This document shows positions 36,710 to 48,283 of a stretch of DNA of 64,000 bases, in pieces. The position numbers and the translations under genes were made by a program. The stretch comes from Oculina patagonica (taxonomy: Eukaryota): positions 6,634,001 to 6,698,000 of the forward strand of contig NC_135759.1 of the NCBI RefSeq assembly GCF_052425735.1. The letters run 5' to 3'. Numbering within the stretch: position 1 is the first letter of the stretch; each line of letters opens with the position of its first letter. The notes below the pieces were generated by a model. The model searched no databases and was not told the origin of the DNA. It saw only the letters and a program-made list of their open reading frames with translations.

Positions 36710-37190
36710 CCGTAATGATTCGATTTAGCGCCCGTGGCGCTTATTTACTTTTGGCACCTCAAGAGAGGGCGCTTAATCGAGACAGGGCGCTTATTTAATT
36801 TTTTGAGAAACAACCAAAAGTTCAAAACAAAACTTTAATAAATATTAAAATAACTAACAAAAACACAAACTGTAAAAGTAAAAAATTGTTGAAAGGTTAG
36901 TTACTTTTAAAAGAATTGTTCATTTTAGCAGTAAATATATACATGTACGGTACGGTGAGTGTTGATGAGTTTATCTATTCGACGTCGATGACTTCAGTAG
37001 AGACAGTTATCCACAATAGGAACGCTTATTACAATAGAGGCGCTTATAAGAATGGGGGCGCTTATTATAATGGGGGGGGGGGGGCGCTTATTGGAATAGG
37101 GGCACTTATTGACAAAAACACATCGAAAGGGGGCGCTTATTCGGAAGGGGGCGCTTATTGGAAGGAGGGCACTAAATCGAATCATTACGG
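36710..37190. mobile_element. Complete TA-TSD MITE (Tc1/mariner-pogo-like)
   Basis: TA|CCGTAATGATTCGATTTAG ... CTAAATCGAATCATTACGG|TA, with GGCGCTTATT repeats. Confidence 0.88.
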
Positions 37191-38227
37191 TACCCTAAAA
37201 AGGCTTCAAGGTTTTCATTCTCATCCTTGTACTAGCTCCTGTACATTCTCAATGGAGCGTCTTGTCCGCGGGTTCTCTTTCGTGACGCCAAACGAGAAAA
37301 GAAGCCGGTAATCTGGGTCCTCGTGAGCCACTCTTCATGACTCTTCTGTTTTGAACAGCCGCTCGTTATTTCCGTCCCGTGCGTTGCGCATGCTTAATGC
37401 TACTTGGTCGGGGTCAGCCTTACTAGTCTTACTACCCGTTTTTCTCCCAGTTCAAATTTTGCGGTGAGGTACATCTTTACCTGTTCTGGGAAGCGAACGC
37501 CACCGGTTCTGGGTTTTCCCAGAGCTCATCCTACTCGCGGTGGGGAGTAAGGCCCCTGGTCTGAATCTGTTAGAATAGTAGGTTGGTTTAGAGCTGTGCT
37601 ACATCCATGTGCGTCTACAGAAGAACTTCTCTGCCCAGTTCCTTCGTATCCGTACGTACGTATGGTACAGCGAGGAAAATTGATGGAGCCCCACCCCGAT
37701 CGTTAGCATAACCAAACAGACCGTCTTTTGATCGGTAGACGGCTCTCGGAGCAAACGCTTAGTTTTTGCTTAATTTTATCAATCAAAACCTTCAATAAAT
37801 CAATTCTAGCGATATCCTGAGTTAAATAGATCGGTCAGTGGGTTATGCTAAATCTATCGACTTAGATAGTTGGCTTGGGGGCTTCGTCCCTCGCCAACTA
37901 TCAGCCGATATAAACCTCGAGCTCGGCGTCTAATTGTTAAATAGAAGGCATCTGTGTAACCAGTCAGATCGCACGTTTGCCAATAGACGGCAGCTGGGTT
38001 ATGCTAATAGCATTAAGTTTGATATAGCAATTAGAAACATAAGAACTACTTGTGTTTTAATTTTTAAGCGTGAACAGCATTATTAAAAGCTTGAAATGAC
38101 GTATCATTGCGTGTGTTTGCTGTGGATGCCTTATCTGTGGCCACCGTTCATTAAAACAGACACAGGATGTGTTTACAGCACTGTTACTTGGGCATCTTTA
38201 CATATCCCAGCATATGTAATTTCTAAA

Positions 38228-38656
38228 AAAGTTCGGGTTGTAGCCAGGCATGTTAAACATTTTGTAAAAAAAAGAAAAAAAGCAAATTAAGAAGTTGACA
38301 CTGGCTAAAAATATTGTTTTGGACGTTTCGGCCACTACTGTTGCCTTTTCTTAAAATATGTAACGAATGTGTGATAAAAACTAAATGAACTTTCCGAGTG
38401 CGACAAAAGTCTCTAGAGCATTCTTAATGAGTCTATAAATTCTTAATGCTATTGTAAACGTTTGGTAGTGCTATGTGTTCGTTTATAGCGTTCCTAACTC
38501 GCACAGAATGCCAAGCTTCAAGAATTAGTCGTTGTTTCCACGCCGTTGACCTGTCAACAATTTCGACGTTCTCCAAATCTATTTGATGGTTGTTAAGCAT
38601 ATGGTGTTTTGCCAACAAAGAGTTTTTATCCAATGTTGCGATGGCTTTTGCGTGTG
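38228..38656 (-). mobile_element. Penelope-like 3' fragment in the right Sola3 arm
   Basis: GIY-YIG C-terminus (HQIDLENVEIVDR..WKQRLILEAWH), decayed hammerhead (GGC..GCCGAAACGTC), flanking duplication TGTAATTTC(T/C)AA. Confidence 0.8.
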
Positions 38657-40084
38657 TGTAATTTCCAATATAACGGGTCTTTTATTTTCCTAATGGCTGT
38701 TGTAAAAAATCTATATTGTTGTTACTAAACGATGGATATTGGAAACTGCTTGAACTCCGGCTCAAGTTAGCCTAGGTAAGGTGCGTTCCGCCGGTTTAAA
38801 TGACGCAATAACGCAGTGATGATACAGTACCCAAATCGGCTACGTACTAGCTAATTATGATTTTTTGGGTGCCGGATCTTTTGATAGGATATGATCTTTT
38901 GATGGCGTTCCTTGAAGTTATATTGGCATATCTAAATTACAGTGCGTTGGAGTAGAGCGGCGTCAAAATTTTCTGGTGTAATTCCCCCCTCCCCCCCCCT
39001 TCCCACCCTACCCACTACCACCACCACGGAAGGTAACGCAACCCGAGTCATGTTCAAAAGATCACAAATGTCAGCGAATGTATTACGTTCGTAAGTCTTC
39101 GTATCTTTTCGTCATTGGCTCTTTTTTAAGACAGAGTTGCCACAGCATTACTACCAATGAAGTAACTGAGTACCATACTTTTGATTGCGTACGACAACCA
39201 CAAAAGTTTCGCGATTGAATTCTCGTACTTTTCATCAACAGGAACAAGGTCAACAAGGTGAGTGGCAAATCATGGAACGAGCCTGATCATTATTATATAT
39301 TTGAAATGTCAGGAAACAAAATATTTGGTGCCAATTAACTAAAAGGAGGAAAACTTTGTTTCCATTTCTGGAACTTTTGGACGATTTCCCTCTATTGAGG
39401 CGAAAACTATCGAGAAACTTGACATGAAGTGTCTGAACACGGCTCGGTAAAGGAATGTGAAGTCTGTCACGCAATACTTCATAGGTGAAAATACCAAGAA
39501 TTCGTTTGAATTTTTTTTCCTCAAAGTCGCGTTGTGCCACAATTTTTATTACATAAATCGAAAGAATAACTCTTAGTCTAAAAGTAGAATGGCAATTTAG
39601 GCCTCGTCTAGGTGCCACAAGTGAAAATTACGGCAAGATTTGGGAACATATTTTTGAGATGTTCGCATAAATAACTAAAGGTGTTCAATAAATATTGTGG
39701 TTCGCTTCCGATTTGGAATTGGAAGTTAGCTAAATGATATATTAGGAGTAAGACCTGATAAAAATTGGCTGAATTTGTACAAATTTTGGGGCTTTTATAA
39801 GCGCGAAGTAATTTTAACGAACGTTTGAAATGCTGTATTTCGACACATGAAAAATGGCCGTTTCATTGCTTATTGAACCTAGTAATTGATAAATCCTCCA
39901 AAGTCGAGGAAAACAAACTCTCTGATCATTTCAACTGTATTTTAGTAGTAAGGATAGATGGTAGTACCTGTGGTAAATATATGAAGGAAAACTATTCTGG
40001 AGTCCGAAATCCAGTGGACCGCCCGTAGTGACATCGCCTCTTAAGCATTGTAATACAGTTTTGTTATGTGCTTTAAAATAATTG

Positions 40085-40581
40085 CAGGCGCGGATCCAGG
40101 AAAAATGATGACTGTTTCCCGATAACAGTAGCCTACGTAGCTAGCGGTAGTGTTGGGTTTTAAAACGCCCAACAGCAAGCGGCGAAGCCGCGACAACGAG
40201 GCTTGGGGAGGAGAAGCTGAAATACCATTTCAACTTCTCCTCCCCAAGCCACTCGCGGCTGCACCGCTCGTTGAGCGGCTTCTCCGCTGGCTGGTGGGCG
40301 CCTTGAAACCCAACAATACCGCCAGCTACGCAGGCTAGATGACAGAAGCGCCAAAAGCGCGAGCCTCCAGGTCCGGGAGCATGCTCCCCCAACAAAAAAA
40401 AAAGGATTCTGACTCCCTAAAGTGCCATTTCCGGGTATTTTCGGACAGGATGATAACAAATTATTTGTTTCTTGGATGTTTAGATTTGGAAATTATGATA
40501 AACACTAAAAAATAGTTATTTCTAATATAAAACTTCACCGATTTCCGTAAAACGGTAAAAACCGGTCTGGATCCGCGCCTG
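40085..40581. mobile_element. CAGGCGCGGATCCAG-TIR MITE with a nested TA-flanked MITE (40131-40335)
   Basis: 15-bp TIRs with AATTG on both flanks. Inner element TA|GCCTACGTAGC...GCTACGCAGGC|TA. Confidence 0.8.
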
Positions 40582-40907
40582 AATTGTTCACATAAATTAA
40601 AAAAAATCCTTTAAAAGCTCGCTTTTTAAAGTTTTCAAATTGATAAACGGACCATCAGGCAATGATCACAGAATAAAAGTGCAATTAATAAAAAACGAAT
40701 CCATAAAGATATTGTTGTTATTCGTCTTAGTAAACAATTTACTTAACATACGTACAGAACTGTTAGAAGCACATTGTATATTTGGTTTGGTAAGTTTTGA
40801 ATTCTGTTGTAAGAAAGATCTCTGTAGACAAAAAAAACTCAGGTTAGTAACCCGAACTGTATTCTATGTACGTTTTTTAATTTATTAAATTCAATTTCAT
40901 ACACTTA

Positions 40908-41496
40908 ACAGTTATTGGACGAGGTTGAGCAAAATATCGTGATTGTAAGTGGCGAGCAGATCAATTATTTGTCGAAGCCGAAGGCTGAGGCAAATAATTG
41001 ATCTGCGAGACACTGACAAATTACGATATTTTGCGAGAACCGAGTTCAATAATTGTTTTATCATTCGATCACTGAATTTGTTTCGCACAAAGTATCTTTG
41101 GGAACTGCGTGGAAGCCGTACTATTTCTTGCTGAATTAATGCAGACGAAAGTGTAACTTCGCCTTCGATAATACAAGCTGGTCGTCATCCAATTCTCTTT
41201 CTTTCAGATATTGCCAAAATACAATAAGAGGAGATTCCATTGCCTTCTTTGTAGCTTCGCTGTTTTTTTCGGGCCTAGTGGAAAAATCAAACCGCACTTC
41301 TTCATCTCTGGTAAACTAGCTGCCATTTTTTCTCAGAAGTGGACACAACTACGCATGACAAAATATTATTTGTAGCAAAATCACTGTTAGACGCTAATGC
41401 GCACGATCAGACCGTTATTTGTAGGCAGTTATTTGCAGATCACGTGGTGGGCCCTCGGCCAATGAAAGGGAAGAAAAAATTACATCGAACGATAAT
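40908..41496. mobile_element. Terminal-hairpin non-autonomous element
   Basis: Hairpin GCAGATCAATTATTTG...GCCGAAGGC...CAAATAATTGATCTGC with longer flanking arms. Confidence 0.5.
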
Positions 41497-41761
41497 TACA
41501 GTTACTACAACCCGACTACAACGTACACTTACAATTACATATATTACACTACGAAATTATTGGGCTTCACCGAGTCATCTACACGGTCGGAGTTAAGGCT
41601 CGTTTCCTTTCAAAAGACCAGCACCAGGGAATATATCCTTGTACTTTTATCACTCTCTAGTTGTGCGCAATCAGACGACGGCGAAGCCAAGGACAACGCT
41701 TAGTGAAATTTTATGTAATTTTTTTTTACTAGAGAATGTTCAAAATATTGTCCAGATGTAT

Positions 41762-41796
<35 letters not shown>

Positions 41797-42404
41797 AACT
41801 TTATTTTCACACGATAATAATAAAAGCTAAAAGCTTGTGGGGTCGTGTATTTAAATTTAAGATTAAAATTACAAATAAAATATCTAAAATTACAATTCTT
41901 ATATTTACAGTAAAATTATCATTTGGTTATTGCGATATTATTATTTAAAAAGAAAATGTATATTTAAATATTGTAATAAGTAATGTCTTGTAATTAGCAT
42001 CGTAAGTAGTGTATGTATTTGTTAAGTAAGTAGTGTTCTTTGTGTGTCAATAAACAAATAAAAAAAAATTATCATTTAATTAATTATTAACTAGAACTGT
42101 TACTATATTAGATGATTAAAATAAACTAACTAAAAGCTAATTATATATAAAATCACAGTGTCTGTGGCGGGTTGTTGAAGCCGACAGGGCGTTAAAATTA
42201 AAATCTTTAAAATATGCTCTATTGACAACATGCTTTTGTAGCAAGTAGAACGAGAGGGACTGGGCCCAACCCCAAGTGACATATTATTATGGGATCGGAA
42301 AATCCCACGTGTTGGCGAAAAACCTAGCGAGGATCGATGAGAAAACGTGTTGTTATTGTAGTTTTGAAGTAGTACCTGAGCGAGATTGAGTAAAGTGTAA
42401 CATT

Positions 42405-42421
42405 TGGTGACCCCGACGTGA
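42405..42421 (+). promoter_or_regulatory. Primer-binding site complementary to tRNA-Trp
   Basis: TGGTGACCCCGACGTGA is complementary to the eukaryotic tRNA-Trp 3' end ...TCACGTCGGGGTCACCA. Confidence 0.85.
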
Positions 42422-42436
42422 CAAAGAAGCCATCGA

Positions 42437-43747
42437 AATGTCGAAAGTCGTCGAAGAGATTCAGATAGAGGTGAGAACAGCAATTTGTCAGCTTAGCGAA
42501 GCGAGTCTTCGAGAAATATGTGCGGGGCTACACATCGAAGTAAAAGAGACGGCGAGGAACTTGGAACTGAGGCATTAACGAATCTCAGAGAATCAATTAA
42601 AGAGAAGAAACCTGCAACAAAGGACGCGAAGAGTGAACAAGAGAGTGGTGTGAAAACCGAACAGGAGGATCGGAAGTCTGCCATCAAGTCAAGTACAAAC
42701 ACAGTTACGCCTAGAAGAAACCACAGCGACCCCACCGTTCAGGAAGGAATTTAAAATATCGGGACAGATTGGAGATTCACGTCAGAAAGACCGCTTGAGC
42801 TTTACCAGTTTGGCTCACCAAATAAACGCTGGATTAAAACGGGGCTATAAAGAAGAAGAAATTGTCGAGACCGTTATTCGAGCCATCAATCCAGGCCTTA
42901 GATTGAGAAGCTACTTGGAAGGTAGGCCCGATTTAGAACTTGCCAGATTACGTAAAATACTCCGGTCACATTATCAAGAAAGGGGGGCTACGGAAATGTA
43001 TCAACTGCTCAGTTCGGCAGTACAGGAGAGACCCCTCAGGACTTTCTTGTTCGCCACCTTGATCTAAAGCAGAAGGTACTGTTTGCATCTCAAGAAGCAG
43101 GATCTGATTTGAAGTATGACCCAAAGCTGGTACAGTGCATGTTTCTGCATTCATTATTAACTGGGTTACGGAATGATAGCATTAAAATGGAGATAAAACC
43201 CTGCTTGCAAAACACCCAAGTAGAAGATGAAGAACTTTTTGAGAAATTGAATACAGCAGTTAGTAATGAAACAGAAAGAATGCAGAAGCTTGGTTCCCGT
43301 CATGACCAACCCACAAATCGGACCCCCACACAGCTTGTAGCTCAATTGGCCACCCATGATGACAGCCATGCCTCAGTTGAAGGTAAAACCCCAGAAAAGC
43401 CACCAAAAGTTAACCTTCTTACTGAAGTTAGAGAGTTGAAAGCTGAACTGGCTGCTATCCGGGAGGGTATGGAACAACAAAGCCGCGCTAGCCCCAAGCC
43501 GCAGTACAACCCTGTAGAGCAAGGGAGGATTCGCCCTAGAGGATGCTGGAATTGTGAGAGACAAGGAAGGGGCTTTCGTTGCAACCATTGTTTCAACTGT
43601 GGTGATGCTGGCCACTTCAGTTACCAATGCCAAAGGTCAAGCCGAAGGGGCTATAACTCAGCAAACCCCCAGGGAAACAGACCAGGGTTGCCCCCACGGG
43701 ACAAGGAGCAGCCCGCCAGATTCATGAGCAGTCCCAACAATGCATGA
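42437..43747 (+). pseudogene. gag: Gypsy gag (frameshifted) with CCHC knuckle
   Basis: Broken across ORFs 42518, 42795 and 43109. CWNC...CNH and CFNCGDAGHFSYQC zinc knuckle. Confidence 0.85.
43672..43714 (+). promoter_or_regulatory. -1 programmed ribosomal frameshift signal
   Basis: Slippery G GGA AAC in the gag frame, 6-nt spacer, stem GGGTTGC/GCAGCCC. Confidence 0.75.
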
Positions 43748-43750
43748 ACT

Positions 43751-46700
43751 GTGGAAAAAGGAGGGGATTGGGCCCATCAATACTTGCGATGCTCACAATG
43801 CCATACTAGCCACTATTGTTCAAAAGTTTGTCAGAGGGAATATTGGGAGAAGCATAAGAAACTATGTCAAGCCATCAGTGAAGTTGAACTGAGGGAAAGG
43901 GGGTCTAAGGCAGGTGTTGAAACACTGAAAACCTCGTTCCCTTCACACCTAACTCCAAGACAACGTTCTAAACCCACCAAACTAGTGGGAAGAAAATGTG
44001 TAGTTTCCTGCTTGGTCCAAGGGAGAAAAGTGGATGCCCTGTGGGATACTGGAGCTCAAGTTTGTGTTGTGTCAAAGTATTGGAAAGAAATCAATCTACC
44101 AGATGAGCCAGTAAGAGACATAAGTGAGTTACTGGGGGAAGATGAAAAAAATCTCCAGGCCGTGAATGGTACGAAAATTGCATATGATGGGTGGATTGAG
44201 GTAGAGTTCCAGTTGGCTGGGGAGGACGGGTACTCGGAGCCATTGACAGTACCCATACTAATAGGAAATGAAGATAATCAGGAGTATCCCATCATTGGCT
44301 TTAACGTCATTGAAGAGGTCATTAAGTGGAGTAGTAGCCCCAACAAAACCAGCCTATTTCCCCGAATAGTGAATGACTCGTTCCCATCTGTGAAAGAGGG
44401 CGAAGCGAGAGCGCTGGTTAATTTCATCCAAAGTATGGATGACGAGGCTGACACTAGCATGCTCAGAGTTGGCAGACAAGACATAAGTGTCCCACCAGGA
44501 GAGACTGTGAGAGTCAAATGTCAAGTACACTTTGGACTATTGGAAGAAGATTTGCCTGTTGTGTTTGAGCCCAAAGAAGAAGGGACGTGGCCTGAGGGGC
44601 TAGAAGTTAAAGGCTGTCTTCACCGAATTCCCCCCGGGTCGTCGAGCCGAATGTATGTTCCAGTATGCAACAACACTGAGCGAGAGATGACCTTACGTAG
44701 GCGGACAGAACTTGGCACTATACAGTTAGTGCAATCCGTCACGCCACTGCCAGTCGAAGCTGAACAGAAACAAGAGGAAGAGGAAGGTGAAACTCGGAGT
44801 GAGGCAACCAGTTATGAGTGGGGACCAAGTCAGCCAGAACAAGGTGAAGCACAGTGGACTCCCCCAGTTGATTTGAGCCATTTGTCAAGTGAGCAACAGG
44901 TGATTGTCAAGGGAATGTTGAGGGAAGAGTCCGGGGCCTTCGCTACAGATGATGGTGACATTGGATGTGCGGAACACTTGAAATTAGAAATCAACCTGAG
45001 AGATGACGTCCCAGTAAAAAAAACATACAATTCAATTCCAAAGCCCTTGTACGAAGAGGTAAAGTCACACTTGCAGGATATGTTCAATCGTGGTTGGATA
45101 AGCGACTCAAAGTCACCCTACTCTTCCCCAGTGGTGTGTGTGAGAAAAAAAGATGGCAGTCTAAGACTATGTGTCGACTATAGGCAGTTAAACAGCAAAA
45201 CTGAGGATGACCGCCAGCCCATCCCTCGCATCCAAGACATCCTGAATAGTCTCAGTGGGAACACTTACTTCTCAGTGTTAGACCAAGGAAAGGCATATCA
45301 CCAGGGATTTGTAGCAGAAGAACACCGACATCTAACGGCGTTCATCACCCCTTGGGGTTTATACCAGTGGAACCGCATCCCTTTTGGCCTTAAAAATGCA
45401 CCGGCGGCTTACCAGAGGTACATGGAGAAATGCCTGGAGGGTCTTCGTGATGAAATATGTATTCCATATCTTGATGATGTCCTATTGTACAGTAGAACAT
45501 TTTCTGAGCATGTAGACAATGTGCAGCAGGTACTTAGATGTTTGCAGGAGTATGGTATCAAGCTAAAGCCAAAGAAATGTGAGTTGTTTAAGCCCCGTGT
45601 TCGTTACTTAGGCAGAATAGTCTCAGCGGATGGCTACACGATGGACTCAGCGGACGTTGCAGCAGTGGCAGCCCTTAAGGAAACTAAACCAGGAACTGTT
45701 GGTGAATTGCGCAAACTCCTGGGTTTCATTAGCTATTACCGCCAATATATTCGCGACTTCTCCAGATTAGCCAAACCCCTGTATGACCTACTCTCAGTCA
45801 GAGAATGCAGTGAACAGCCCAGCAGAGCTAAAGGACAGAAAGAGCACCCCAAGTGGAAGTTGCCGACATCGAAAGGACAATTGTCGTCAAATCACAAAAT
45901 TCTGTGTAATGAAAGACACCAAGAGCGACTAAGCTTCTTAATTGAACTTTTAATGCAGCCAGGGGTAATGGCTTACCCTGACTTTGAACGACCATTCGTA
46001 CTGCACACGGATGCCTCAAGTGAAGGGCTTGGGGCGGTACTCTACCAAGAACAAGGGGGAAAGTTGAGAGTTGTTTGCTATGGCTCAAGGACATTGACGC
46101 CCGCGGAACGGAACTATCACTTGCACTCAGGAAAATTAGAATTCTTGGCCCTAAAGTGGGAAATTACTGAAAAATTCAGGGATTACTTATTCTATGCCCC
46201 ATCCTTCGTCGTTTTCACAGACAATAACCCGTTAACGTATGTGATATCATCAGCAAAGTTGAATGCCACGGGGCATCGCTGGGTAGCCGAGTTAGCAGAC
46301 TATAACTTTACAATCAAGTACCGACCGGGCAAGACTAATGTTGATGCGGATGTTCTGTCAAAAATTCCATTGGACATAGACAAATATATGAGAGATTGTA
46401 CAGAAGAAATACCCAAAGATGTCCTTGCAGCAACCGTGGAAGCAGTTAGGGAACAGGCAAAAGGCACAATCCCATGGGTTATGGCAATTGCCGCAGACAT
46501 GACAACTCCTGAACCCACGTTAAAGGACCTTAACCTGAAACCATTCAGCCCTAGTGAACTCAAGGAGGCGCAGCACTCGGATAGTGCTATACGCCGCGTG
46601 CTTTACTACAAGACACATGGGATCAAACCGGGTGGTGGCCAACTGAAGAATGAACCCCATGGAGTTGCCAAGCTTATGAGAGAATGGAAGAAACTAGAAG

Positions 46701-48283
46701 TTGACGAACATGGTATACTGCGTCGAAGAACAAGCTCTAAGATACAATTAGTCCTGCCACACATCTTCATCCCAATGGTACTAAAAGAACTGCACACAGA
46801 GATGGGACACCTTGGGGTGGAGAGAGTCGCAGAACTTGCAAGGTCCCACTTCTACTGGCCACATATGTACCGTGACATAGAGCATTTTGTGACACAACGT
46901 TGCAGATGTATCAAACAGAAGAAACCAAACACAGTCACGAAAGCACCTATGATGCATCTGATGAAATCAGCACCATTTGAAGTGGTTTCCATTGATTTCT
47001 TGCATCTAGACAAGAGCAAAGGTGGATATGAATATGTACTACTGATTGTTGACAACGTTACCAAATATGCCCAAGCCTATGCAACGCGTAATAAGACGGC
47101 CCGCACTGCTGCTGAGAAGATCTACAATGAGTTTATCCCGAGATTCGGTTTCCCAGCACAAATACACCATGACCAAGGTGGCGAGTTTGAAAATAAATTG
47201 CTCCACAACCTCGAACGTCTAAGTGGAGTTGCTAGCTCGCGAACCACTCCATACCACCCACAAGGAAACGGCCAGATAGAACGCATGAACCACACCTTAC
47301 TCTCGATGCTAAGGACCCTCCCGGAGGAAAAGAAATCGAACTGGAAATATTCTTTAAACAAGCTCATACATGCGTACAACTGTACAAGACACGAGACCAC
47401 TGGGTACTCAACATTTTACCTGATGTTTGGCCGTTCCCCACAATTACCGGTTGATTTGCTGTTTGACCTGGGCAACGACCCGCAACAGGCTGATTACCAG
47501 GATTATGTAAAGACGTGGCAAGCAGATATGAGATGGGCATATGACCTAGCATCTAGGAAGACCCAGAACTCGTCAGCCAGAAGTAAAGTGTATTACGACA
47601 GGAAGGCTTCCGCTGCAGTCCTACTTCCCGGCGACCGCGTACTTGTTAGAAACCTTTCAGAAAGGGGGGGACCTGGAAAGCTCCGTTCACACTGGGAACA
47701 GCAAATTTTCGTAGTTGAGGAACGCATATCTGATAGTCCAGTCTATCGAGTAAAGCCCGAACATGGCCGTTGGAAACAACGAGTGTTACACCGTAACTTG
47801 CTACTTCCTTGTGATGCTTTACCACTGCCTAAACCAACGAGAGCCTCATCCAAGACCACCCAACCAAGATCCAGAGTACTACCCCAGCCTGAAGATACTG
47901 GAGAGAGTTCCGATGATGAGTATGAGATGGACACACCGTCCTCTCCAGTCACCCATGCAGCCTTTCCTGCGGAAGTAGACACTGCACCTATGGACCCACA
48001 GGACCACTGTGATAATGAAGTTTGTGCCGATATGTCAGATACCAGGGACCAACCTGACCTACGAGTGGATACTGATGGCTCATCAGTGCCAAATTCATCC
48101 GGTCTAGATGTGACCGATATATCCCCTCAGGAAAGTGACAATTCAGATTCAGAGGAACACCTAGAGGGAGCTACGCGACCTAGAAGGGAGACACGACCCC
48201 CTCAGATTCTGACCTACAGCCAGATGGGGGTGCTCGAGTACCAACGTTTAAACCCAGTAGTGAACGCAATTCAATGCCCTTAG
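43751..48283 (+). CDS. pol: Gypsy Pol: MYND finger, aspartic protease, RT, RNase H, integrase
   Basis: [58 protein letters not shown]; 1510 aa open. Confidence 0.96.
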   Translation: MEKGGDWAHQYLRCSQCHTSHYCSKVCQREYWEKHKKLCQAISEVELRERGSKAGVETLKTSFPSHLTPRQRSKPTKLVGRKCVVSCLVQGRKVDALWDTGAQVCVVSKYWKEINLPDEPVRDISELLGEDEKNLQAVNGTKIAYDGWIEVEFQLAGEDGYSEPLTVPILIGNEDNQEYPIIGFNVIEEVIKWSSSPNKTSLFPRIVNDSFPSVKEGEARALVNFIQSMDDEADTSMLRVGRQDISVPPGETVRVKCQVHFGLLEEDLPVVFEPKEEGTWPEGLEVKGCLHRIPPGSSSRMYVPVCNNTEREMTLRRRTELGTIQLVQSVTPLPVEAEQKQEEEEGETRSEATSYEWGPSQPEQGEAQWTPPVDLSHLSSEQQVIVKGMLREESGAFATDDGDIGCAEHLKLEINLRDDVPVKKTYNSIPKPLYEEVKSHLQDMFNRGWISDSKSPYSSPVVCVRKKDGSLRLCVDYRQLNSKTEDDRQPIPRIQDILNSLSGNTYFSVLDQGKAYHQGFVAEEHRHLTAFITPWGLYQWNRIPFGLKNAPAAYQRYMEKCLEGLRDEICIPYLDDVLLYSRTFSEHVDNVQQVLRCLQEYGIKLKPKKCELFKPRVRYLGRIVSADGYTMDSADVAAVAALKETKPGTVGELRKLLGFISYYRQYIRDFSRLAKPLYDLLSVRECSEQPSRAKGQKEHPKWKLPTSKGQLSSNHKILCNERHQERLSFLIELLMQPGVMAYPDFERPFVLHTDASSEGLGAVLYQEQGGKLRVVCYGSRTLTPAERNYHLHSGKLEFLALKWEITEKFRDYLFYAPSFVVFTDNNPLTYVISSAKLNATGHRWVAELADYNFTIKYRPGKTNVDADVLSKIPLDIDKYMRDCTEEIPKDVLAATVEAVREQAKGTIPWVMAIAADMTTPEPTLKDLNLKPFSPSELKEAQHSDSAIRRVLYYKTHGIKPGGGQLKNEPHGVAKLMREWKKLEVDEHGILRRRTSSKIQLVLPHIFIPMVLKELHTEMGHLGVERVAELARSHFYWPHMYRDIEHFVTQRCRCIKQKKPNTVTKAPMMHLMKSAPFEVVSIDFLHLDKSKGGYEYVLLIVDNVTKYAQAYATRNKTARTAAEKIYNEFIPRFGFPAQIHHDQGGEFENKLLHNLERLSGVASSRTTPYHPQGNGQIERMNHTLLSMLRTLPEEKKSNWKYSLNKLIHAYNCTRHETTGYSTFYLMFGRSPQLPVDLLFDLGNDPQQADYQDYVKTWQADMRWAYDLASRKTQNSSARSKVYYDRKASAAVLLPGDRVLVRNLSERGGPGKLRSHWEQQIFVVEERISDSPVYRVKPEHGRWKQRVLHRNLLLPCDALPLPKPTRASSKTTQPRSRVLPQPEDTGESSDDEYEMDTPSSPVTHAAFPAEVDTAPMDPQDHCDNEVCADMSDTRDQPDLRVDTDGSSVPNSSGLDVTDISPQESDNSDSEEHLEGATRPRRETRPPQILTYSQMGVLEYQRLNPVVNAIQCP

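Larger units (their letters stand above)
32893..40040. mobile_element. Non-autonomous Sola3-like DNA transposon with ~1.7-kb TIRs
   Basis: TTAA|GAG...CTC|TTAA. Arms 32893-34986 and 37941-40040 are reverse complements apart from later insertions. No transposase ORF. Confidence 0.8.

Noticed and set aside
36916-37311. Gly/Tyr-repeat ORF (GGAY)
   Set aside because: Translation of GGCGCTTATT MITE repeats.
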